DNA from: Dehalococcoidia bacterium | GTDB taxonomy: Bacteria > Chloroflexota > Dehalococcoidia > UBA2979 | Direction: 5' to 3' | Assembly: GCA_046328255.1 (NCBI GenBank) | Contig: JAXLWY010000005.1 | Coordinates: 22,930 to 86,929 of the forward strand | DNA length: 64,000 bases | Part shown: positions 37,871 to 46,554 of the stretch, piece after piece | Numbering within the stretch: the stretch's first letter is position 1 | Layout: each line of letters begins with the position of its first letter | Made by a program: the position numbers and the translations under genes | Notes under the pieces: model-generated | Databases searched by the model: none | The model's input: the letters and a program-made list of their open reading frames with translations, nothing else | Told to the model about the DNA's origin: nothing

Positions 37871-40800
37871 ATGCTCTTCACCCGGCTCGCCATCGAACGC
37901 CTCTGGGCGACCATCGCGATCTTCGGCGCCCTCTGCCTCATCGGCGCGGTGGCGTACTTCTCGCTCCCCATCAACCTGTTCCCAAACGTCCCGATCCCGA
38001 TCGTCACCGTCAGCACCCTGTACCCCGGCGCGAACCCACAGGAGATCGAGACCCAGATCACACGTCCCATCGAGGACGCGGTCGCCAGCCTCAACAAGGT
38101 CAAGGATGTCAGCAGCACGTCGGCCGACAGCTTCTCGACGGTCATCGTGCAATTCGCCGACTCCGCCGACCTGAACCAGATCGCGTCCGACGTCGAGCGG
38201 CGGGTCAACACCGTCGTCGGCAACTTCCCCTCGGGCGCCGAGCGCCCGGTCGTCCTCAAAGTCGACCTCGGTGCGCAGCCGGTCATGCGCCTCGCCCTCG
38301 TCGACGACTCACTCCGTCCCGAGGAGCTGTACCGGCTCGCGAAGGACCAGGTCCTGCCGTCCATCGAGTCGATCGGTGGCGTGTCGCAGGCAGGCCTCGT
38401 CGGCGGACGCAAGGAAGAGATCCACGTCGACGTCGACCCGACGCGACTCGCCGCGTTCGGCATCAGCCTCGCCCAGCTGCAGCAGGTCCTCGGCGGCGCG
38501 AACGCCTCGATTCCCGGCGGTCAGCTCACGCAGGGCACGCGCCAGTTCGACCTCCAGGTCACCGGCCGCACCGGCCGCCCCGAGGACCTCGCGGAGCTCG
38601 TCGTTGGTGGGCAGCCCGGCAAGCCGGTGCGCGTCCGCGACGTCGCAACGGTCACGCGCTCGGCCACCGACGAGGCACAGCTGACCCGCTCGAACGGCAA
38701 GCAGGCCATCCTCATCACGATCGCGCAGGCGACCGGGTCCAACCTCACCGACGTGACCGACGCCGTTCGCGCCCGCCTCGATGGCATCCGCGCCGGTCTG
38801 CCCCCGACCACCGACCTGCGCGTCATCCAGGACTCGACACCGTTCATCCGCAACTCGCTCGGCGGCATCCAGGAGGAGCTGATCGTCGCGGTCTTCCTCA
38901 CCGCCATCGTGCTGCTGCTGTTCCTCCACGAGATCCGCGCGGCCGCGATCGTGTTGCTCTCGATTCCCACCACGCTGCTCATCACGATGTTCCTGATGCA
39001 GCTGATGGGCTTCAGCCTGAACTTCCTCAGCACGCTCGGCCTCACGCTGACCATCGGCATCCTCGTCGACGACTCGATCGTCGTGCTCGAGAACATCCTG
39101 CGGCACCTCGACCGAGGCGAACGCCCCTTCAACGCCTCGCTCATGGGGCGCGCCGAGATCGGACTCGCGGCCGTCGCGATCACGCTCGTCGACGTCGTGG
39201 TCTTCGCCCCCACCGGTCTGGTCGAGGGCCAGGTCGGCGGCTTCTTCCGCGAGTTCGGCTTCACCATCGCCGGCGCCACCCTGACGTCACTCCTCGTCTC
39301 CTTCACCCTGACACCCATGCTCGCCGCGAGGATGCTGAAGTCCGCCGAGGAGTCGCAGGGAAACGGACTCGTCCATCGCTTCGGCAAGTGGTGGGACCGC
39401 GGCTTCGCACGCCTCGAGAACGCCTACCGCGTCACGCTGATTTACTCGCTCCGCCTCAGGTTCGTGGTGTTGCTCCTCGCCGGCGCCTCGCTCGTGGCGG
39501 GCATCTCGCTGGTGACGACAGGCGCCGTTCCCGTCGAGTTCGTGCCGAACTCCGACGAGGGCTTCTTCATCGTCAGCACCGAGGCGCCTCCCGGCACCTC
39601 CCTGCAGGCGCACAACCGCATCATGTCGCAGGTCGAGCAGACCCTCCTCGACATGCCCGAGGTTGAGCGCGTCACTGCATCGATCGGTATCAGCCTCCTC
39701 GGCAATAGCGGCGGCCAGGCCCGCTTCGGCTCGGTTGTCGTCGAGCTGAAACCGCTCAGCTCAGGCCGTCCCGATGTCTTCAAGATCCTCGACGAGGCCC
39801 GAGATCGGCTCGCCCCGATCCCCGGCGCGAAGATCACCGCCGGCGTCCAGGGCGGCGGCCCCGGCGCCGATCAGCAGGCAGCCGCCATCCGCATCAGGGG
39901 CCCCGAGTTCTCAGAGCTCACCCGCCTCGCCAACGAGGCGCAGGCAGGCCTCGAGAAGATCCCCGGCCTCATCAACTTCAAGAACGGCGCACCCACCGGG
40001 AAGCCACAGCTCGTCGTCCACGTCGATCCTCGTCGCGCGGCCGACCTCGGCGTGAACGCTGCCTCCCTCGGCCTGAGCGTGCGCACCGCCTTTGCCGGCG
40101 TCGTCGCGACGAAATTCCAGAAGACCGACGGCACCCTCGAGGACGTGCGCGTCCAGTTCGACGACAGCGCGCGCACGAACGTCTCGGACCTCGCCGATCT
40201 GCCCGTCCAGACGGCCACCGGCCAGACGGTCCCCCTGCGCCAGGTCGCGACCGTCACCGAGGAATCCGGCCCCGCGCAGATCAGCCGCTTCGACCGCTCC
40301 CGAGTCGTCACGGTCGGCGCCGACCTCGACACGGGCTACGCGCTGAGCCAGGTGCAGCCCGGCGTCCGTGACGTCATCGCTGGCCTGCAGCTCTCGCCCG
40401 GCTACAGGGCCGAGGTGGCAGGCGGTGGCGAGAACCAGGCCGACGCGTTCGGCGACCTGTTCAAGGCGCTCGGCGCCTCGATCATCCTCGCCTACCTCCT
40501 GATGGCGATCCTTTACAACTCGCTGACCGACCCGCTGGTCATCCTCTTCTCGCTGCCCGTCGCGGTCGCGGGCGCGATGTTCGGCCTCCTCATCTTCGGC
40601 TACGCCTTCAGCGTCTTCTCGATGATTGGCCTCATCCTGCTGGTGGGCCTCGCGATCAAGAACGGCATCCTGCTCGTCGACCGCACGAAGCACAGCCGCG
40701 AGCGCGGTCTCAGCACCTACGACGCACTGCTCGAGGCGGGTCCCGCGCGACTCCGGCCCATCCTCATGACCAGCATCACGATTGCGCTCGCCCTCTTCCC

Positions 40801-41047
40801 GACCGCGCTGGGCGTCGGCGAGGGCACCGAGCTGCGTGCACCACTCGCTGCCGCCGTCCTCGGTGGCGTCATCTCATCGACGGCACTCACGCTGATCCTG
40901 ATTCCCGTCGTCTACTCGCTCCTCGAATCCGTACCCGGCCTCATCGGACGGATCATGCGCTTCACCGGGCTCGCGGCGCTGCGACCGCAGCGCTCCGTGC
41001 CGGCCGCCGGTGACTCCGGTGGCGACGGCTCCGGAGGCGGTGCATGA
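37871..41047 (+). CDS. RND-superfamily efflux transporter permease (AcrB/HAE-like)
   Basis: 1058 aa with a 12-TM architecture and two large loops. Conserved LGLTLTIGILVDDSIVVLENI and GLAIKNGILLVD motifs. Confidence 0.95.
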   Translation: MLFTRLAIERLWATIAIFGALCLIGAVAYFSLPINLFPNVPIPIVTVSTLYPGANPQEIETQITRPIEDAVASLNKVKDVSSTSADSFSTVIVQFADSADLNQIASDVERRVNTVVGNFPSGAERPVVLKVDLGAQPVMRLALVDDSLRPEELYRLAKDQVLPSIESIGGVSQAGLVGGRKEEIHVDVDPTRLAAFGISLAQLQQVLGGANASIPGGQLTQGTRQFDLQVTGRTGRPEDLAELVVGGQPGKPVRVRDVATVTRSATDEAQLTRSNGKQAILITIAQATGSNLTDVTDAVRARLDGIRAGLPPTTDLRVIQDSTPFIRNSLGGIQEELIVAVFLTAIVLLLFLHEIRAAAIVLLSIPTTLLITMFLMQLMGFSLNFLSTLGLTLTIGILVDDSIVVLENILRHLDRGERPFNASLMGRAEIGLAAVAITLVDVVVFAPTGLVEGQVGGFFREFGFTIAGATLTSLLVSFTLTPMLAARMLKSAEESQGNGLVHRFGKWWDRGFARLENAYRVTLIYSLRLRFVVLLLAGASLVAGISLVTTGAVPVEFVPNSDEGFFIVSTEAPPGTSLQAHNRIMSQVEQTLLDMPEVERVTASIGISLLGNSGGQARFGSVVVELKPLSSGRPDVFKILDEARDRLAPIPGAKITAGVQGGGPGADQQAAAIRIRGPEFSELTRLANEAQAGLEKIPGLINFKNGAPTGKPQLVVHVDPRRAADLGVNAASLGLSVRTAFAGVVATKFQKTDGTLEDVRVQFDDSARTNVSDLADLPVQTATGQTVPLRQVATVTEESGPAQISRFDRSRVVTVGADLDTGYALSQVQPGVRDVIAGLQLSPGYRAEVAGGGENQADAFGDLFKALGASIILAYLLMAILYNSLTDPLVILFSLPVAVAGAMFGLLIFGYAFSVFSMIGLILLVGLAIKNGILLVDRTKHSRERGLSTYDALLEAGPARLRPILMTSITIALALFPTALGVGEGTELRAPLAAAVLGGVISSTALTLILIPVVYSLLESVPGLIGRIMRFTGLAALRPQRSVPAAGDSGGDGSGGGA

Positions 41048-41099
41048 CGCCGAGCCACATCCACCTGTCTACCGCGAACGCACCGATCGGACACGCACC

Positions 41100-42701
41100 A
41101 TGACCACCGCCACCATGAACCGACCCGGACGCACCCGCGGAGTCCTCGTCATCGGCGCGCTGGGAATCCTGATCGCCGCGGCAGTGACCTACTTCGCCGT
41201 CAATCGCAGTCCGGCCGCGACCCCGGCGACGACGCAGGCCCCGGTCACCACGCCGGTGCAGGCCGCCGAGGCGAAGACGGGCCCGATTCGCGCCACGCTC
41301 AGCTACTCCGGCACCGTTGACCCAGTCCACCAGGCAACGCTCTCCTCGAGGGCGTCCGGCATCGTCACTGAGCGCCTCGTCGACGTGGGCACGAACGTGA
41401 AGGCCGGTGACACGCTGGTCGTCCTCGATGGCGCGAACCAGCAGGCGCAGCTCCGCCAGGCCGAGGCCGGCGTCGCGGCCGCGCAGGCCCGATTGCTCCA
41501 GCTCACGACCGGCGTGAAGCCCACCGACATCGACGCAGCCCGGTCCGTGGTCGCGGCCGCCGAGGCGCGCTACAACCAGCTCGTCTTCCCCACCGACTCC
41601 GCCCGTTTCGCCGCCGAGGCGGCAGTCGCGAATGCGACCGCAGGCGTGGAGAACGCCCGCGGCACCGCCGAGCGAGCAAAGAACGCCCTCGCAGCGCAGA
41701 TCTCCCTCTACTGCCAGCAGTACCTCAAGTTCGGAATCGACTGCGCTACCGTCGAGCTCCCGCTGACCCCGGCGCAATCCAAGGACCTCTCCGAGGCAGT
41801 CGGCACGAACTTCACCGACACGCTCGGCATCGGTGGCCAGCGTGCCCAGGCGATCCTCGATGCCAACGGCGCGTTGATCGCCGCCCTCGCAAACCAGGAG
41901 ACCGCAAAGACCGCACTGCAGATCGCCCAGAACAACCGGCAGACGCTCCTCAACCCGAGCGCCGCCGACGTCGCCGCGTCACGCTCGGCCGTCGATCAGG
42001 CACGCGCCGGCCTCGAGAAGAGCCTCAAGCCATACTCGGACGGCGATCTCCAGGGAGCGCAGGCGGGCATCGCGCAGGCACAGGCACAGGCCGAGCTCGC
42101 GCGCACCGCGGTCGCCGACACCACGATCCGCGCCCCCTTCGATGGCGTCGTCGCCAGCACCTCGGTCGAGGTGGGGGGACTCGTCGGGCCCGGGGCCCCC
42201 GTCGTCTCTCTTGTCGCGAGCAACCTCGAGATCGGGCTCACCGTCGACGAGGCGAAGCTCAACGAGGTGCGCGCGGGCATCCCCGTCGAACTCACCGTCG
42301 GAGCCTTCCCCGACAGGGTGTTCACCGGACACGTGGACTCGATCGCCCCCACGGGCGACGCGCGCACCCACACCTTCGAGCTGAAAGTCCGCCCCGATGA
42401 CCCAGACGGCGTGCTGCGCTCGGGGATGTACGCCGCGGTCACGCTCGTCACCGCCTCGAAGGACAGCGCGCTGCTCGTGCCCGCCGCCGCCGTCACGACC
42501 ACCCCGGATGGCAAGTCCTCGGTCCTGACGATCAAGGACGGCAAAGCAGCCCTGCGTGCCGTGAAGGTCGGCATCCGCAACACCGACACCATCGAGATCG
42601 TCGAGGGCGTCGCGAAGGGCGAGAAGGTCATCGTCGTCGGCCAGAACGGCGTTCGCGACGGGCAGGCCGTCTCCGTCAAGGAAGGGCCTGCCGGCTCCTA
42701 G
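41100..42701 (+). CDS. Efflux RND periplasmic adaptor (membrane fusion protein, HlyD-like) with a long coiled-coil hairpin
   Basis: Start MTTATMNRPGRTRGVLVIGALGILIAAAV at 41100 gives the TM anchor. Barrel-sandwich motifs (VDVGTNVKAGDTLVVLD, IRAPFDGVVAS). Confidence 0.85.
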   Translation: MTTATMNRPGRTRGVLVIGALGILIAAAVTYFAVNRSPAATPATTQAPVTTPVQAAEAKTGPIRATLSYSGTVDPVHQATLSSRASGIVTERLVDVGTNVKAGDTLVVLDGANQQAQLRQAEAGVAAAQARLLQLTTGVKPTDIDAARSVVAAAEARYNQLVFPTDSARFAAEAAVANATAGVENARGTAERAKNALAAQISLYCQQYLKFGIDCATVELPLTPAQSKDLSEAVGTNFTDTLGIGGQRAQAILDANGALIAALANQETAKTALQIAQNNRQTLLNPSAADVAASRSAVDQARAGLEKSLKPYSDGDLQGAQAGIAQAQAQAELARTAVADTTIRAPFDGVVASTSVEVGGLVGPGAPVVSLVASNLEIGLTVDEAKLNEVRAGIPVELTVGAFPDRVFTGHVDSIAPTGDARTHTFELKVRPDDPDGVLRSGMYAAVTLVTASKDSALLVPAAAVTTTPDGKSSVLTIKDGKAALRAVKVGIRNTDTIEIVEGVAKGEKVIVVGQNGVRDGQAVSVKEGPAGS

Positions 42702-42728
42702 CCCCTCCAACTTCCGCCACTACCCCGC

Positions 42729-42758
42729 ACGACCTCGGACGGTTCCGTCCGAGGTCGT
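42729..42758 (+). terminator. Strong hairpin after the adaptor gene (candidate terminator)
   Basis: ACGACCTCGGACGG-tt-CCGTCCGAGGTCGT, with 14-nt perfectly complementary arms, 28 nt after the stop at 42701. Confidence 0.5.
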
Positions 42759-42868
42759 TGCGGTTCGCCCTCGGACGCCCGTGCCGCCCTTCGAGGGGTC
42801 CCGCGCCCTGCATCAAGGTCGTAGTATCCCCAGCACGATTCCACGAACGTGCTCGGAGGGAGTGTCGC

Positions 42869-44155
42869 GTGGCTACTGGACCGCTCGCAGGGATTCGCGT
42901 CCTCGAGTTCTCGCAGATCGTCGCGGCACCCTACTGCGGCACTCACCTCGCCGACATGGGCGCCGACGTCATCAAGATCGAGCCGTTCGGCGGCGAGCAG
43001 ACCCGCCGCTCGGGTGCCATCGTGCCCCTCGAGAGCAAGGGCTTCCAGTCGCTGAACCGCGGCAAGCGCTCGCTCGTGATCAACCTCCAGGATCCGAGGG
43101 GACAGGAGCTGATCTGGAAGCTCACCCCGCTCACCGACGTGATCTCGATCAACTTCCGCCTCGGCGTCGCCGAGCGCCTCCGCATCGACTACGAGACGCT
43201 CCGCGGCATCCGCCCCGACCTCATCTACTGGCAGAACACGGGCTTCGGCGACGTGGGCCCCGAGAAGTTCCGCGCGGGCTCCGACATCGTGGCGCAGGCC
43301 TACTCCGGCCTCATGGCACTCGACGAGAAGGTCGATGACGACGGCGCGCCGAACCTCATCGCATCACCCATCGCCGACCTCGCGACTGGCCTCGCGGCGG
43401 CGATGGGCATCAGCGCCGCGCTGTTCCATCGAGCAGAGACCGGCGAGGGACAGTTCCTCTCCACCTCGCTCCTGCGCTCGTCCCTGTCCCTCCTCGGCGC
43501 CACGGTCATGCGCGAGCCGGTGCACGACGCCATCCTGCGCGACCCGATGATGGAGCAGCTCAGCGGCCTCCGTGAGCAGGGCGGCACCTGGGAGCAGATC
43601 CTCGATACACGCCGCGGTCCCACCCAGCTCGGTGGTGCCTTCCGCCTCTACTACGGCGCCTACCGCGCTCGAGGCGGGGCGGTCGTCCTCGGCGCCCTCA
43701 CGCAGGCCAACCGCGACGCCATGCGCAAGGTCCTGGGCATCGACGAGAACTACGACGCCGACCCGAACTACGACGCCAACGACCCGGTCAAGATCGCCGA
43801 GGCCGCCGAGTGGAAACAGAAGATCCGTGGGATCTTCCAGACCCGCACCGCCGCCGAGTGGGTCGCGGCCTTCGATGCGGCAGGCGTCCCCGTCTCGGCG
43901 GTCCGCGTTCCCGAGGAGCTCGCCGACGACCCGCAGGTGCAGGCCGACGGCATGATCGCGGAGCTCGAGCACGCCGTGACCGGCCCCCAGCGCGCGGTCG
44001 GTCCGATCGTGCGCATGTCGAAAACGCCGACGGCCACCCCGCGAGCCGCGCCCGCCCTCGGAGAGCACTCCATCGAGGTGCTGCGCGACTTCGGCGTCGA
44101 TGAGTCGCACATCGAGGAACTCTGTCGCGACGGCGTGATCTACGACCGCAACTAG
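42869..44155 (+). CDS. Family III CoA-transferase (CaiB/BaiF/Frc-like)
   Basis: GTG 42869 lies 8 nt after GGAGGG. LAGIRVLEFSQIVAAPYCGTHLADMGADVIKIEP is the signature N-terminus. Confidence 0.9.
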   Translation: MATGPLAGIRVLEFSQIVAAPYCGTHLADMGADVIKIEPFGGEQTRRSGAIVPLESKGFQSLNRGKRSLVINLQDPRGQELIWKLTPLTDVISINFRLGVAERLRIDYETLRGIRPDLIYWQNTGFGDVGPEKFRAGSDIVAQAYSGLMALDEKVDDDGAPNLIASPIADLATGLAAAMGISAALFHRAETGEGQFLSTSLLRSSLSLLGATVMREPVHDAILRDPMMEQLSGLREQGGTWEQILDTRRGPTQLGGAFRLYYGAYRARGGAVVLGALTQANRDAMRKVLGIDENYDADPNYDANDPVKIAEAAEWKQKIRGIFQTRTAAEWVAAFDAAGVPVSAVRVPEELADDPQVQADGMIAELEHAVTGPQRAVGPIVRMSKTPTATPRAAPALGEHSIEVLRDFGVDESHIEELCRDGVIYDRN

Positions 44156-44274
44156 TCGAGGCGGCCCGGTAGCCACCCGATCCAGGGGCGTCTATCGCCG
44201 CGCTGCACGTGCGGAACTTGATCGAGCGGACGCGCAGCCCACGGAGGGCGTGTGCTCACGTTCCCGAACGCACC

Positions 44275-44410
44275 GTGATCGTTCGTGGTGAGCCTGTCGC
44301 ACCACACCCGCCGTCCACGGCATCCACGAATCGAGGATCGGTCCGCCCGCAGAGGGATCGCGCGCAAAGGAGGGGTGTGCGGGCAGTTGCGCCGGAGGCG
44401 CGACCTCAGG
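44275..44410 (+). repeat. Composite dispersed repeat (short A plus B modules), copy 8
   Basis: GTTCGTGGTGAGCCTGTCGCACCAC at 44281-44305. A degenerate B module is at 44340-44410, ending CGACCTCAGG next to the psd stop. Confidence 0.7.
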
Positions 44411-44412
44411 CG

Positions 44413-45087
44413 CTAGCCACCGACACCGGCGCGCGCGTCATCATCGAGCGCGCGCAGGCGCATCATCGGTGTCAGCCCAGCGCGCACCTGCTGTCCCACC
44501 TCGACGAGGAGCTCGGCGCTGGTCGGCACTCGAAGCGTGACCTGCGACCCGAATTTGATCATCCCGAGGCGCTCGCCCTGGGCAAGCTCGTCGCCCTCGC
44601 CGGCCCACACCACGATCCGCCTCGCAAGGATGCCGCTGATCTGAGTCACCGTGCACGGCCCCACCGGCGTCCGCAGATATGTCGCCAGCTGGTTGTTGCC
44701 ATGTGTCGCCTCGGCGGTCATCGCCGGGGCGTAGCCACCGGCCTGACGCCGCTGCGCGACCACGCGGCCGTCGAGGGGCGCGCGCTGCACGTGCACGTTC
44801 CACAGCGCGAGGAAGATGCCGACCTCGAGGAGTTCTGTCTCCCAGAAGTCGTCGTACACCGTCGCGATGTGCAGCACACGTCCGTCCGCGGGCGCCAGGG
44901 CCACGTCCTGCAGCGGGATCACCTCGCGCTCGGGGTCGCGAAAGGCGAACGCCACCCCCGCAGCCCCCGCCACGCCGAGCAGCGCCGCGGGTCGATACCA
45001 GAGCAGCCCCGCAACGCTCGCGGCCGCGCACCCCGCGAGAAGCAGGCCACCCTCGGAGACGGCGCGCCAGCGAGGCGACCCGCTCAG
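44413..45087 (-). CDS. psd: Phosphatidylserine decarboxylase-related protein (short archaeal-type proenzyme); start uncertain
   Basis: GRVLHIATV, VHVQRAPLDG and GMIKFGSQV (G-S self-cleavage-type motif). The frame is open upstream of GTG 44973 through a TM-like segment back to the methyltransferase stop, with CTG 45087 as the only candidate start. Confidence 0.75.
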   Translation of the reverse strand: MSGSPRWRAVSEGGLLLAGCAAASVAGLLWYRPAALLGVAGAAGVAFAFRDPEREVIPLQDVALAPADGRVLHIATVYDDFWETELLEVGIFLALWNVHVQRAPLDGRVVAQRRQAGGYAPAMTAEATHGNNQLATYLRTPVGPCTVTQISGILARRIVVWAGEGDELAQGERLGMIKFGSQVTLRVPTSAELLVEVGQQVRAGLTPMMRLRALDDDARAGVGG

Positions 45088-45692
45088 CTCGTGGTCCTCG
45101 CGCCGCGCGCTGCGAACAGGAACGTCGGGGGGATGTTCCAGAGGTGGACGTGCCGCCGCACCTGCTGGAACGACTCGCGCAGGTACGGCGGCAGGAACGT
45201 CGGGTGATATTGCAGGGCCACGAACGTACCGCCGGGACGGAGGTTCTCCGCGACCGCACGCACGATCTCCCGCGTCAAATCGGGTCCGAGGAAGCTGAAC
45301 GGCAACGAGGAGATCACGGCGTCGAACCCGTTCGGCACCTCGCGACGGCGCACCTCGCCGAGTTCTGCCGCCGACCGTTCCACCAGCACGAACCGCGGAT
45401 CATCCACGTGCGCGCGCAGGTGCTCGATGAACGGCTGGTAGATCTCGAACGCCCACATCCGGCCATCCGAGGGCAGCGCCTCCAGCAACGAGTGCGTGAT
45501 CGCCCCCGTACCCGGCCCGAACTCGGCGATGCTGTGTGCGGTCGACACACCGGCCAGGCTCGCCATCTTGCGCGCCACGCTCGTGCTCGTGGGGGCCACC
45601 GCACCGACGGTGTGCCAGTCCCGGACGTAGGCCTTCAGGAAGTCCCAACGCGCGACACTGCCGACTTGCTGTTCAGGCATGGGTTTCCGCAT
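45084..45692 (-). CDS. SAM-dependent methyltransferase resembling phospholipid N-methyltransferases (PmtA/COG3963-like)
   Basis: FLKAYVRDWHTVGAVAPTSTSVARKM...IAEFGPGTGAITHSLL...DAVISSLPF pattern. It sits between pssA and psd with overlapping ends. Confidence 0.65.
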   Translation of the reverse strand: MRKPMPEQQVGSVARWDFLKAYVRDWHTVGAVAPTSTSVARKMASLAGVSTAHSIAEFGPGTGAITHSLLEALPSDGRMWAFEIYQPFIEHLRAHVDDPRFVLVERSAAELGEVRRREVPNGFDAVISSLPFSFLGPDLTREIVRAVAENLRPGGTFVALQYHPTFLPPYLRESFQQVRRHVHLWNIPPTFLFAARGARTTS

Positions 45693-46371
45693 CGATCATC
45701 GCCGAGCCGTCCGTGCCGTCACCGACCAGCTCCGTCACGAAGCCCCAGAGCACGTAACTGGCGAGCACCACAATGGAGGCAAGCGCCAGCGTCTCGCCGG
45801 ACGGCCAGATCGCGATCACCGCCGCGGAGCCGACCAGCACGAAGAGCAACGTCTTGCGCCACTGGGCGAACGTCGGGAACGGGTGGTGGCTTACCATCAG
45901 CGCAGCGAGCGCAATCGCGAGCACTCCGGATACCCACATGTTCGCCTCGAATGGGCCGGCCACTACAGCCGCCAGCAGCACGCCGCCGCTCGGAATCGGC
46001 AATCCCGTGAAGTACGGCCCGCTGGGCAGCACATGGAACCTCGCGAGGCGGTACGCACCCGCACCCACGAACGCAATCATGATTGCCAGCCGCGCCCACA
46101 TGAACTCATCGCCGTACGCCGCCGCGAACAGGAACGCCGGCGCGACCCCGAACGCCACGATGTCGGACAGCGAATCGAGCTCCCCGCCGAGGGCGCCCGC
46201 CACTCCAAGCCGGCGCGCCACCGTCCCATCGACGCCGTCCGCGATGGCGGCGAGCAGGATCAAACGAAGTGCGAGATGGAAATCACCGATGTGGCTCGCC
46301 TCGATGGCGGCAAGTCCACAGCCGAGCGCGAACAGCGTGATTGCGACGGGGAGGTACTGGCGACGGGGCAC
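45673..46371 (-). CDS. pssA: CDP-diacylglycerol-serine O-phosphatidyltransferase (CDP-alcohol phosphatidyltransferase family)
   Basis: DGVDGTVARRLGVAGALGGELDSLSDIV fits D-G-x2-A-R-x8-G-x3-D-x3-D. Multi-TM. 232 aa. Confidence 0.85.
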   Translation of the reverse strand: MPRRQYLPVAITLFALGCGLAAIEASHIGDFHLALRLILLAAIADGVDGTVARRLGVAGALGGELDSLSDIVAFGVAPAFLFAAAYGDEFMWARLAIMIAFVGAGAYRLARFHVLPSGPYFTGLPIPSGGVLLAAVVAGPFEANMWVSGVLAIALAALMVSHHPFPTFAQWRKTLLFVLVGSAAVIAIWPSGETLALASIVVLASYVLWGFVTELVGDGTDGSAMIDAETHA

Positions 46372-46554
46372 ATGTGCTCCTGCGTTACACCATCGATGCT
46401 ATCGGGTTCGCGCCCGGACGAACACCGTTGCAGCAATCTAACGACGCCTTATCTGTAATGCCACTGTGAGGGACAACAGACCCCGAGCCGCAAGGGTGTC
46501 AGTCAGCCTCCGTAGCATCACAGCGCGGGGGCAAAGGCCCGGGGGGTCCAGAGG

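Noticed and set aside
37510-39666. 718-aa ORF in an alternative frame of the MarR/RND region, together with similar long ORFs at 55861..57618 and 61781..63718
   Set aside because: These are off-frame or antisense to conserved genes, with Arg/Pro-dominated translations that are characteristic of wrong frames in GC-rich DNA.
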